A program made the position numbers and the translations under genes. From Zygnema circumcarinatum SAG 698-1b (lineage: Eukaryota > Plantae > Zygnematophyceae), in contig CM074808.1 in the NCBI GenBank assembly GCA_037447605.1, forward strand, positions 1,302,001 through 1,366,000: a DNA stretch of 64,000 nt. The letters are read 5' to 3'. The notes beneath the pieces are model-generated. The model had not been told where the DNA came from. It saw only the letters and a program-made list of their open reading frames with translations, and ran no database searches. Of this stretch, positions 20,801-33,174 are shown piece after piece (positions within the stretch are counted from its first letter, which is position 1; each line of letters starts with the position of its first letter).

Positions 20801-22291
20801 TAGCGAATGAGAGGGTCATCGAAGTAAACTACAAATTTTCACACATTGCGAAAGCTGCTCAATATCCATGATATCCAATTCAGTGCTATACCATTGAATT
20901 CATATATACCATTTGGCGAAGAATCGGCATGTGCAGTCACGGTTCAAACTCACTATGCCAGAGCAATGACAATGGGATGAGTTATGTAACCCATTACATT
21001 GAGAAACCAGATCGTCTGCCTTGCCTTCATACGGCTTGACATACATCAACACTAATTTCTGCGGATGGGAAAATGTGTCGGCACTGGCCAGTGAATTCTG
21101 AAAGATACTTGTACTTTTGAAAGCAGATGAAGGAACTGCGACTGGAAAAAACGATGGCAATGACAATGGGTAGGACAGAATCACTGCTGCAGCTGTAGGA
21201 ACGTTGCTGACTTCTAGATGGCAAACTCTGGATTTCAACTGGATATGTTTACTTCTCAAATATTCTAACTGTGGAAGACAAAGTATTTCAGTTACCAGGT
21301 CGAGATGTTGACACTTCAAATCTTCTTGTCAAAGTGCATGTTGACGGTTCAGTTGACGTGACCAAGCAGCCAAGGAACAACATCAGATCCCTTCAGACCG
21401 GATGCGTATGGGTTTAGTTCAACTTGGCAGCTGGCAGTTGACACTTGGGAGCGGCTGCGTGAGGTAGTTACTGTGCCAAGATTAGGAATTGGCTACCCAA
21501 ATAACTGATACACTTATGATCAATCATGTTACAAAATCGTGCTTGTATAAGATTCAGCCCTTTCTGAAGACAAGAATGCCTCGGAGTCCCTTCTACAATG
21601 TACTCGAGGCACGGAGCAGGAGAAGCAAGGTACCAACCTCGTAATGGTAAACAAGCGCAAATAAGCCAAATAAAAGGCAATAAGTTCCAATAAGGACCAA
21701 ATAAAAACGAGAATTCGGCACCTGCAACCACCTCAACCCAAGGTGCCTCTAGCCATAAGTCAACTCTGGCAGTATGTTCCATCAGGCCAGGTTGGCTGAT
21801 CCTAAAAATCTGAAGGAAACAAGGGGCTACAAAGAAGGCACAAAGTATATGCCAAAGAAAAAATCTTAAATGGCGAGCCAAATTATCACTTACGTTCACG
21901 AGAGTATGAAAGAGGTCGCCTGCGTAAAGCTTGAGCTTGGGATATCCATGAAGCTCGATATTCAACTCTCCTCTGTTGCAGATACGCTCCCACGCTTAAT
22001 CAAAAAGCGTCGAACTACAAACAGTCATTGAAAGCAAAGCACCAAAACACACTCAAATGCCCTGAACAAGCAATCAACCCGACCAAACCAACTCCTCCCA
22101 GGCACAGTGCCTCACTTTTCATCCACCAGCGGTCGGTGTGGCTCTGCAGCATGACACCTCCACTGACTGCCGCTCCCCCGGCCACCCGCATCCTCCACCG
22201 GCGGCGCGAGCAGCGGCTGCAGGAGCGGCTCTCCCTTTCTCCCCCGTCCCTCCGCGGGCTGCAGGAGCGCCTCCGTCCTGCGCTTGGGCAT
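14882..22291 (-). CDS. Inward-rectifier potassium channel (Kir/IRK family), about 15 exons
   Basis: The spliced model reads LVDEKGELNIELHG...GDLFHTLVN, M1 RFYLVLIGTYCLLFGLFALVY, NNCIPG...AVWFSVQTAMTIGYGG..PTC, M2 QSVASLLAAYSLLGLVYARFSRPSRR, CRVANLRKHQLIE, FTIAHPVTSSSPLY, EILVLLEGTD..IQARHSY and DFTLFHAV, all collinear with Kir2-type channels. Confidence 0.92.
19023..19086. repeat. Degenerate 6-mer tandem repeat (ACAGTT/ATAGTT) in a Kir intron
   Basis: Direct reading: cagttacagttataattacagttatagttg...acagttacagttatag. Confidence 0.7.
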
Positions 22292-22314
22292 GGCGGCTGC
22301 GCCGGACTGCCCCC

Positions 22315-22925
22315 CCCTCCTCCTCCCCGCATCCCCTCCCCTCCCCTCCCCTCCCCTCTCCTCCTCTGCCCTCTCGTCCCCTCCCCTCCTGCCCCCTCGA
22401 GCAGGCCCTGGCAGGTGCGGGCGGGCAGGCGGGCAGGCGAGCAGCCGCGGAGGGCGGCTGCCGGCGGCTGCTGGATGGGGCCGGATCATGCCACGTCATG
22501 CCTCGGCCCGCGCCATGTCATGTCATCCCATGCCATGTCATGGCATGAGATCCGCGGCCGCATCGGCTTGGACGCATCCGCTGCCGCCACGTGTACTTTC
22601 CGCGCGGCCCTTTCCCTTTCCAGCGAACCACAAACCGACAGAATCCAACACGTCATCCGTACGGCTACGCGCCATAGCGACCGAGCTTTGGCGCCAAGCG
22701 GTCGGAACCGACAAAGATATCCCGATAGTTCCCATATGGCGTATCGTATCGATACCGATACGATGTGGTACGGTCCATCCCTGGCCTCGCGTACAGTATT
22801 CCTTTGGGGTGGAATTTTCCTCTGAGCGGTGCGCCCTCCCTTTCTCTCCTGCAAGGGAGGGGGAGGGGAGGGGAGGGGAGGGGAGGGGAGGGGAGGGGTC
22901 TGGCTTGCGGAGGAGGAGGAAGGGC
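22315..22925. repeat. Oppositely oriented (CCCCT)n and (GGGGA)n tracts flanking a GC-rich promoter core
   Basis: Pyrimidine tract at about 22315-22395 and purine tract at about 22855-22925. Confidence 0.85.
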
Positions 22926-23522
22926 CGGGGCGGCTCGCTACCTCGAGCTCTGCGATAACAAGGAGCCGCCATTCGCCTTTCTCGCGGCATATTTCAAGAT
23001 CAGATGAAGAACACGAAGGTCAAATGGCTCTAGCAGAAACAGTGGCGTGGACTGATCCGAATGCTGCAAACAGCTTACTTTGAGCTCTGCTCTTTCCATG
23101 GAGCTGCCATCGTGCTGATGCGCAGGCTGCTAGACCCTTTGCAGACGCCCATGTCAAGGGTCGGTCGAGTGCGAGGTCGAGAAGATGAATGTCGAGCACA
23201 GCGAGCAGCTGATACCAGCACCGAACGTTTGGGCAGCAATCAAGATGCAATGACGTATCAGGAGGTCCCCGGGATAGTTAGATATCCTTTTCTTCATGGA
23301 CTCGGTGCTCAGATTTTCACGTACTTCAATGGCGGCATGCTCTGTACTTCCAAGCTACAGAATAGCAACTCCCATTAGAGCATGGCCTTCATTGGCATGA
23401 TGACAATCACCAGAAAAATCTAACTTATTTCTCATCATTTGAAAATCTTAACTTAAGTATGAGTATTAATTAAAACTCTTACTTAATATAATTGTGCTAA
23501 GGCCACATCCCGAATCGTACGC

Positions 23523-26500
23523 TCACAATGAGCCATACGGTCCACCCTTCCCCAGGCTCTCTCTATGCGTGGCTCTTGCCACTCTGCTCTCATCAAAACT
23601 GTTAAGCACACCCCATACAGCCTCCTCCAACTCCTCCATGCTCTTCACTGCTTTCAAATCCTCCCGATAGTTAAAGATGTGCCGCACAGTCGCATGCTGA
23701 CACAACAAACCATAGCACCTGCACCACCCCCCCCCCGACACAAGTGAGCACCCTGCAACAACTTTAAAACGTACATGCAGCTTTTTGCATTTTACATATT
23801 CGTTACCGCCCACCAAAAAAGCACGCCTCTTCCGGACTTTGCAATGGTTTGCATGAAGGGGATAAGCAGCAGCAGCATACATTGCGCGATAAGAGGGCCG
23901 TTGAAGACGGCCCTTCATTTTATCTTCTGCCAGGACGCTGCCAGTTCGCTCTTCAGCAGACAAGTTCTGAGACGAAACTTCCTCTAGAGGTTGCAACCTT
24001 TTGGAACATTGCCTTCGCTGTGACGAGTGTTCAAGGGCGCATAAGTACTCCTCAAAGCATATCCGGAGCATGTCATCATCACATCGGAATGCGCTGAAAT
24101 GCAGCGACACAAAGTCGTACAGGGGATCACCTGCAGCACAATCTCGGACCACGCACCACTCAATCTCAGAAGCAAGGCAGCCAACAGAGCCCCCTTGATC
24201 AGCACAGGCATGGTCTCAATCATTCAGCACTGCATGGGTCGAAGCAGGCAAAAGGATGTGAACATAGTTGACGAACCAAGAATTGTTCCACCAAAGTCCA
24301 CCAGATACCCAACTCTCTCGTCGCAAGTTTTAGGTCCCTCCACTTCTGCATTTCCCCATTTCCTTGGATCAAGAATTAGTCTCGAAGGCCTTCCATCTCA
24401 CATGCAGCACTCTGGCTACAAGTCTCAATATCGTCACAGTTTGTTATCTTACTGGATTGGTTTATCGATGGGCTCAGAATAATGTTGTCGTCCATAGCAT
24501 CTGCGTGCAACCAGGCGGGCGGTTGCCAGTCTTCTCCAGGTTCCTGCGGAAAAACAGAGAGATGAAATCCATTACTAAAAGAGAACGAAATCACTTGCAG
24601 CTCTGCAAAGAAGAAGAGAGAGTGAAGGTCCACCTGAGGGGCCACCAGCACGGCGGGGTCCGCTGGGAGATACGCATTCACTTGATCCAACAGATGTTTT
24701 GGAAACCACGCACTGCACCAAGAGACAATACATGTTAAAAAGACTGCCGATATGCAGGCTCCTTCCTGTCGTATTGGCATTTTCAAGCTGAAAAAAAAGC
24801 TCACAGACCTTTTCCACCAAGGATGTCCATGACAAGAATTCACGGAAACAGAATCCCACGCATTCTTGCTCGTGGCGGAAGAGGCAGCTGTCATCCAACT
24901 GCTAGATAGCATTTTGCAAGAAATTGTCCGAAGTAATTTGGTTCACTTAGCTATGCAAACATACTCCCAGACGAAGGCCAGGACACTGATGCTGTCACGG
25001 AAAATGCATTACTCGCAGACAAAAGCATCAGCAACCCATCTATCTGCTTACATTCTACTCCCACCCACATTATAGAAGACTCTAACTGTTACTCGACTTA
25101 AACGACCCATCTCATAACAATGCGTCCCACAACAAGAGGCCCATAATTGAGTGAAAGCATGATCCAAAGGTTGAGCGCTTACAAAGCCTCGAACATCTCC
25201 ACAACTTGTGAGCGTTGACTGCGGAGCATTTTTACAAACGGCTTCCAGTAACCGGGCACCTCTATCTCAGCCTCTCCATTGGCATTGGCTGCAGTTTCTC
25301 CGTCTACTACCTCACCATCTGCCCATTCCCATCAACCCTTATATGTTCAGAAACGGCCACCAACACGTGCCAGTTCAGCTCTTTTTCAAAAAACCCTTCC
25401 TGAGAGTAAAATCTGAGAGCTGATTCATTCAACGCATAAGTCATCCAGTCTGCAAAAAGATGCAAACTCTCCCGCTTACCACTAGCTGGAAGGACTTTTG
25501 GTGTTCTGATTACCTTCATGCTCCTCTGCGTCAGAGTCAGTCTCGTCGATGTACTTTTCCACAAAGGGGAGTGAAGGTAGGGGCAAGGTGTGCAGGTACG
25601 CAAAAGTACGGCCCATAAATCCTCCCACAGCGTGCAATTCATCGAGGCTTAGATAACGACGTCTGGCAACCAATCAAGCCCTCGTAACAGTCAGAATAAG
25701 CTTCAGCTTCATTCGCAAAATTTGCAGTATAGGTAGTTTCGACTCTTCAGACGAATGCTGCGCATTCAGAAGAAGCTTTACCTGCTTTTCAGGTCATTCC
25801 CCTCGCACCGCTTCAGCACAATGTATGGCCACCTTTCTGCTTCCGATTGATTCTGTTCCTGCTTCTGTTTCCTCGAACGTTTTCTCAGCCTCCTCCTCCT
25901 CCGCCCATTTCTTGGCTTGACAGCCATTTCCTCTGAGTCATTTTCAGTGTTCACCCCTCTCTCACACTCCTTCGAAATGCTACATCCACGCACTTCTTTT
26001 CCTGAAAATGGCTCAGTCCCTAAACCATCCCAAGGAAGAGCACATGCACTGCTATCCATTCCTTTCTTGCCTACTAATATTCCACTTGCTGTAAGCTCAG
26101 GGATAACATCAACCAAATAAGAATCTGTCTCCTTGACCTTCCGGTAGAGCTCAAGCTGCAAAAACCGCACACTCGAATGAGAATCAGTACCATCAAATTG
26201 GATCTGTGCAGGAAATCTCACTCATGTAGAGACTGTTGGCAAGCTATGGAGCGCACAACATGGGTGCGGCACAACAGGGAGGTCTGACAAGGATTTTTAA
26301 GGTTTGTTGTCATCAACTTCAGTTTGCATGTCAAAATCAAGCTGCGGGTTTAGCCACCCTAATCACAGTAGTTTCGTAAACTCAGGTGTTCTAAGACGAG
26401 ATTGCTCAACGAATGAATTGGACAGCAACGCAGGAAGGTCGAAAGTGCAAAATAGAAAAGCGATCACTATGCTCCTACTAGCTTAACGTACTCTTTGTGT

Positions 26501-29500
26501 TGTCAAGATAGATCTCTGCAGACCCTCGTCAGCAAATTCTATCCATATCAACCCTTATATTTAAACTGTATCCTGTATCTTTCAAAAAGGTTCTCTGTTC
26601 TCTATAGAGAGATGGTGGCACTTTGTACTCAGCATCGACACAACCAACTGCCAGCTGACATCATGAACTATAGACATGTCCGAAGAGAGGCTTTTGAAGG
26701 GCATGGTCCAATGCAACATGCAATTCCTGGAACAGGCACCATGCAACCGAACAGTGGTCCATAGAAGTTGATTTCCCCACTCTATTTTCGACTTCATTTG
26801 GTTTATGGGAGAGAGAGAATTGAAACAGGTGAACATCATCACTGACCTCTATACTCAAAGTTTTCACTGCCTCCAGCCCTCCCTCATCATCCACGTATAT
26901 CTTTACGGCATGCTCTCCAACCAGGTACACCTGCAAACTTGCCACACAAAACAGTTAACCCAGCGAATAAACTAAGTGCACTGGAAACTCTCCTTAGGAA
27001 CGGACCCAAACCATAGGCAATCGCCATCTGCATTGCCATATAGCCTCCAACAAACAACTAAAGCTGACTAAAGCTGTAACAAACCCTCACCAGGTTGTGG
27101 CCAGACCCTAAAGGGAGGCATTCCGTCCCCACTGGCTTCGCCAAACTGTGCTTCTCGCAAATAGCTTCCAATCGCAACTGCCATATTTGCGCCTCCATAG
27201 CCAGGTTGGCGCACTGCCAATGTACTCTCCATGGAAAAGTCTCTCAGACACTTGAGAAGGGAGTCTGCTGAAATTGAAGAGGAGAGCAGCAAGGGATGGG
27301 AATGCCTTTCTTGCCACCGAACATAACATTGTCTCGCAACATTGCTAGCTTGTTCTGGGCATTCCTACGCTTTGCAGGCAGCAGCACTTAGCATATGTCC
27401 TCCAACTGCAGTGAATTCAGTGAAGTTTGCACACCTTCCAAATGCGCGGCTGCAAGTCGGGGCGATGCTCCCACAGGCAGCGCAGCCAATGGCGGAGCTC
27501 CAGCGAGGCGACCTCCCCATTGGTGGCGCCGTGCACCTTGTACTCCGCTTCGGCCACAGCGGACAGCTCGCCCTGCAGCCCGTTCTGGGCGAGACTTCCC
27601 TTCAAAGCCGCCACCTTTGCGCGCCAACCGCTTCCGTGGTGCCCAAAACCAACATCATTTTGCTCGGAATCACCGTTGAGAACGGAAGTAGAGTCCTCCA
27701 TCTGAGTCTTCCCATTCACATTCGCATATAAAGCGGATGACAATGGGGGCAGGTTTCCTCTGTCTATTTCCACATGTGAGCCGACTTCCTCCTCAACGCC
27801 CTCCTGCGTCTTTGGACTTACTGGATCAACTACTTCGCCATCCCCATCCTCATCCTCATCCTCATTCTCATCCTCATTCTCATCCTCACCATTCCACTCT
27901 TCCCAGCCGTCAGAGCTCTCCTGCAGATTCTCTACCGCAAGCTCTTGCTCTCGTTCCATGTCAAACTTAGCAGTCTCTTGAAGAGCAAGATGGCCAGCTC
28001 TTGCAATTCCACGGTGTCGGAAGCCGGGAGCCATATCAAGGCATACAGTTTCAAAATTTCGGTCGTTCACAAAGTTGTGAGTGACTGCAACTGTTGTTTC
28101 AAGATTCAGAACGCAATGCCACCAGCCCGAGGGCATGAATATCGTTTCTCCAGGAAGTTGAGTCACTTCGATCGGCTTCTCCTCCGGGCTCAGCATAGGG
28201 TACACCTCCAACCACCACTGCTCCCTCCAACCAGTACAAGACTTCCCTCACTATTTGTATCCACAGTGAGCACAGCACAAGCATGCACTGATCAGAATCC
28301 ACCTTCCAAAAGCTCACCTGAAGAGAGGTTGGCCCGTCAGAGTGCGTCTCCCCATCGAACTCGTCCACGTGAAGTGTCACTCCTGGTGGTACCTTCCCTG
28401 GTGGATAGAGCGCCCACCTGCATAGAATCGATAGACACCAAATCTTCAATATGGGAGTCCTAAAGGCGAACTCTTCGCTTGTTGACAGACAGATATACCC
28501 CTTCATATCTTAGAGTTCCTTTAAACGCTCACACACCTTTTACGGCCCACAAGGAGGGTGTTCCATGCACTGGTGAGAGAGGGGTCCACATGCCAGCTTG
28601 CCCCTGAGCGAGCAGGACCCATAATGAGCCACCGGTAAGGGGGGCGGCGACTTCCGAGAGAAGACAACAAATCCTCCTCGAAGTGAGGGGGGACGGAGTA
28701 GTCCTTCAGCAGCGGGGGCGCACTTTCGCCGAACTGTGAAATCACAGTATGTCAATCAGCCACAGAATATGCCAATAACCGCTCCTCTCTCTCTCTCTCT
28801 CTCCTTTTAGAATACAGTATAAACAAACGTAGCATCTGGATTATCACAGTCACAGAAATACATATAGAATCAATACCTCTTCATCAAAGACATACAGAGG
28901 CTCTTCATCGTGTTGCTGTGCAACGTACGCGGCATAATCTGCCAGCCGCATCTTTACCGGCTTCCCACTAGCCACTGTCACTCTAAGTGCTGCTCTGCCA
29001 TAGTTTTCTGACAGCTGCTCCAATGTCCATGAGCTTTTAGCATTCCAATCCTCCGTAAGGTCGGTCAACATCACCTGCAACACAGTGTGGGGGAAAGGAA
29101 TGAGAGAGGAAGGATGCACTGTCATTTTGGGACGAAGAATTATTTTTCTTCATTGGCCATCCTACCGTCCCGTTAGGAAGTTCACCTTCAACATGGTGAT
29201 CCATAGATGCATGGTCATGATACTACATGACCTGCCACAGAAAAAATATGTTGATGACAAGGCCATCCAGCTTATTGTTGTCTCTTCGGCACAAAACGAG
29301 TGCGTTAATTTTACAGATGAATCAGTCGTAACTGCTCCGGGCTTGTTGTTACTGCAATTGAAATACTCCCACAGGACAGTTCAAAAACATATGTCACTTA
29401 TTCTTCAAACGTACTATCTATAGACAGACACAAAATGGCTGCCATTTGAAGCTACCGGAATGCGTCCGTCGTACAGCTCTGCAAACTCTTTAGGACTGAG

Positions 29501-31305
29501 AGCAGCTCTGCGCTCGATCAGCTTGTCGTCTGCGGCAAAGTTCGTCAAGTCCACGTGGCAGCGGTACCATCGCCGATACAGAAAGTCGGAGCTGAATCCT
29601 AATGTGCAGAAGCAATGAAGACAGCATCCGTAGCATAGAAAAGTTCAGAGATGCAGCACAAACACGAAAGTGCTGAGGCTAGAGGAAGGCTGCTGACCTA
29701 CCTCGGGGAAAGCAAATGACCACAGAAGGTTTGGCCATTAAGTGATGAACGCAAGAGCTGCAAAGCATGCACCCGCTATCCCTTCGATCTCTCAGTTCTA
29801 CAAGCAGGAAATGCCACCACCTGTGAAACGAAGTGCTGGCTTCAACTCAGGAGCAGGCAGTCCCTTCTCCTCCGTCAGTCTGCCATGGACTCCATAAACG
29901 TAATGGAAGTGAGCTTCATCAGGCAATAGTACTCCAGTTTGTTGCCATTCGTCATGGGTTGACGACGGTGTAAGTAGATAAGCATACAAGTAGACTTGCA
30001 CTTGCAGAAACATTTGAAACAAGCATAGAAAAAAGACACGACGCGACTGCTTTTTAGGCTTGCCATTTTTTTTCTGCTTATGCATCTTCAATAGGAATTG
30101 GACGTGCGAGTGGGTAAACCCTGAAGGTATCTTTTGAAATGAGATGAGGAGGTTTGCAAAATTTCACGAGCAGTTGTTGTGGTACATAATTCTGATGTTA
30201 TGATTTGCCGCGTGTGATGCTGAGTGTGTTATGTTGTGATGTCGTCATAAACAGTGTCTGTAAAGTAATCAAGTTTAACGAGTGCATAATATTGCACAAG
30301 TCTTCTGCTAGCCTATTATAATACTTCGCTGTAAGGAGGCTTAATTTATTGGAACCTCATGGAGAAGATGTTATACCTCCACAGGACCCAATCATTAGAT
30401 ATTAATCACGTAAAAACGTGCGTTGCCAAATTGGTAGCAGGTGAAAAAGGACAAAATCTAACAGAAATATTTCGAAAAAATCGCCTGAAATTATCTATTG
30501 GGACAAAGCGTAGTTTAGCATAAAGAGAAACACAGCATTTGCTGGTCGTTTTTAGTACTAGTTGGTACGACCAAGCCTCCATTTCAGGTCGACTCTATCT
30601 TTTCATGTTCGACTCAAAGTGCTCGGCTAAGTGCTGTTGTAGTGATAGCCTAAAAGTCGTAAAACAAACATAAAATTCTTGTTCACAGTCATCTCTAAAT
30701 AAAACTTCCATTTATACCCTCGAGAAAAACTGTGAGCCGAAATCGAGAATGGGCTAGGACGATCTGAATTCCAAGTGCCACGAGAATAATGATTGAAAAG
30801 CGAGACGTCTCTATTAAGATGAAGTGGCCAACTGACAGAAATGGCGATACGAACGAAAAAAATTTCCTTCAACATTCTTCCCATAATTAATCGTCAATTA
30901 AGCTGGCATGATTTCAATGTCGTGGGAAGTATGTATAGCCAGTACATATTCCCCTGATTAGCGAGACACAGTACCTTAACAACGCGGAATGCCGCCATGA
31001 ATGCGTGTAGACGAAAGGCGTATCCGGCTGCTGGCGAAGGCACATGTGCATCCACAAGGGCTCCTCCGTACAGAGCACGTAAAACACACTGCGCCATCCT
31101 TTCACAGGTTCATGTCAGAAGCCTCACATTCCCATCTCCTCCCATGCGCACATGCTCCACGGCATGGCGCCATGCGCAACACGCACCTGCTGGCGCAGCC
31201 CAGCATGGCCAAATCGCGCACTGCAAGGCGGTGAAGGATGCTGTCCAGCAGCTCATCTGGAAGCACGGCAAAAGATCCAAGCGCTGCCGGACGGCGGTCC
31301 TCCAT
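23523..31305 (-). CDS. F-box + JmjC (JMJD6 class) + APH/choline-kinase-like protein; JMJ21/At1g78280-like, multi-exon
   Basis: MEDRRPAALGSFAVLPDELL (F-box), DEEPLYVFD, RWLIMGPARSGASWHVDP, GETIFMPSGWWHCVLNLE, then WLHADAMDDN and YLVDFGGTILGDPLYD. Confidence 0.92.
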
Positions 31306-31502
31306 GGCGCCCGCCTGTGCTGGACCTTCCTGCTTCCAAGCCGGCCTCCCTCTCCCTCTCCTCTCTCTCTCCCCCTCCCTTTCTCTCCCCCTCCCCGTCC
31401 CTCTCCCGCTCCCCCTGCAGACCGGCCCTTACCGCGGCCCGTTGGAATCGGCCCAGCGCGGTCTCCGCCCAGTCAGCGTCCCTTCCGAGAAGCTTCGACA
31501 AC

Positions 31503-31653
31503 GTACGGACATACGAGTCGATGACTTTGAGTGTGGATGACTTTATTGGATGGCCGCGTCAGGAAAAGTCAAAGCGCGTAGTCGTTTGCCGAGGTTCGAC
31601 CAGTTTGACCGCCACTTGTGAGCCGTACAGGGCAGGCGCTGTACGGCGTACGG
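31503..31653. promoter_or_regulatory. CCGTAC/GTACGG cluster upstream of the JmjC gene
   Basis: Four sites at 31503, 31623, 31641 and 31648. Confidence 0.5.
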
Positions 31654-33174
31654 ACACGCTGGGCCTAGCCGCGTTGTTGTGTGCGTGTCCATCTTGCATG
31701 TTGGGCGCCATGTTGGCCAAACCACACTTGGGAATGGCCTTGTTTGGAGGAGCGAAATGCATGTTCTTATGACCATATGAACTGCTACGCCAGATTCCAC
31801 AGCCTCTGTCAGCCAGAACAGGACAGCTAGCGGAGCGTGGCAGGCAAATTCCATCTTGTTGTTAAGCGGGCAGAAATGCCGGCTTAAAGGTCATTACCAA
31901 GATTTCACGCCGAGGGACAACAGCGCGAAAGATTTCGCCTACGGTACCTCCAACATCACGCATTTGCCGCATCTGTCTGTTGTTTTCTCACCTGTGCATC
32001 GCCTTTGCACCTCGTGCTGGAGGTTGCATGTGTGCTTGTGCTGCTATACCACCACCACCACCACTTTTGTACACTACAGTACTTTCTAATTTCTTGCGAG
32101 CACGTTATTTGGCCGATGGGGTTCCGAGCCTCGAGCGCAAGTTGGCGCGTAACTCCACTGACTCTGCACTGAATCCCTCTGCCGCGTTAATCACGTTCTC
32201 GCCGTCGAAGACATCTCGGTATTGCACTTTGCCGTCATTCAATACCGGTTTTCTGGATATAAACAGGGACGATCGCCTTCCAGACCTTGCAACGCTTCAT
32301 TCGGAGACGGCCAATTGCCGCAATCCCGAAACGCGTCATCGTGCGTGTAGCGACGATGAAGGTCGTCGGCGTCGCCGTCTCCGTCGCGCCAACCGCTTGA
32401 CCGTTGGCGCAGGAGGGAGGATCCACGTGGCTGGCCGCGGAGAGAGCCATCATGGGCATGGGTACCATGGAGGGCATGCAGACGAGGCATGACCATGAGG
32501 CCGGAAAGCGAGCCCCAGAGTCATGGCGCCCTGGGGTGGGCATTATAGTCCAAAAAGGCCATGGCCGCGTTGAAGAATCCTAGTACCTGAGCCTGAAACC
32601 CGGAATCTGCGAAGAGGTGGCTAGGTGGTCAATGTACATTTGATGTCATCGGCAGTTCGATTTCAATGCCAGTTCTTATTGCAAATATTGGCAATCGTTG
32701 TGATGCTGGAGGCCTTGAAGGTATTCGAACTTTATATCATTCTGTGAGTTGAAGGAGACCTCAACATAAGATCAAAGTAAGCAAAGCTAAATCTTACAAT
32801 GCTTTGTCCTCTAGTGATGTTTTTGCCATGAGCACCTCAGTCTTGCTCTACTATCCGTGTTTTTCTACATAGACGGGTGAACTTTTTTGTGAATCGGAAT
32901 GCGACAGTACAGCTCGTCATTAGTGGACCACAAGTAGCACTCGGGCTGTCCAATTTGAATCGATTATATGTTACACCTCCAAACACATAATCATGATCAT
33001 ACGATCATTCGATCATTCGTAAACCCTAGCTTGAATTGTCCACACGAATTAAGTTGCGCTATGCGCAGTAGTGCCCTCGTCCTATTGACGATTTTGCTCG
33101 AATCAAGCTATCTCCCTCCAAAATAGAATCAGCCACCTCCCAGAATATGGAAAAAAAAGGCATATTTTCACTGA

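Noticed and set aside
23020-23250. Ankyrin-like PLTWASAKG in a short ORF
   Set aside because: A single partial repeat with no neighbouring repeat or clear start.
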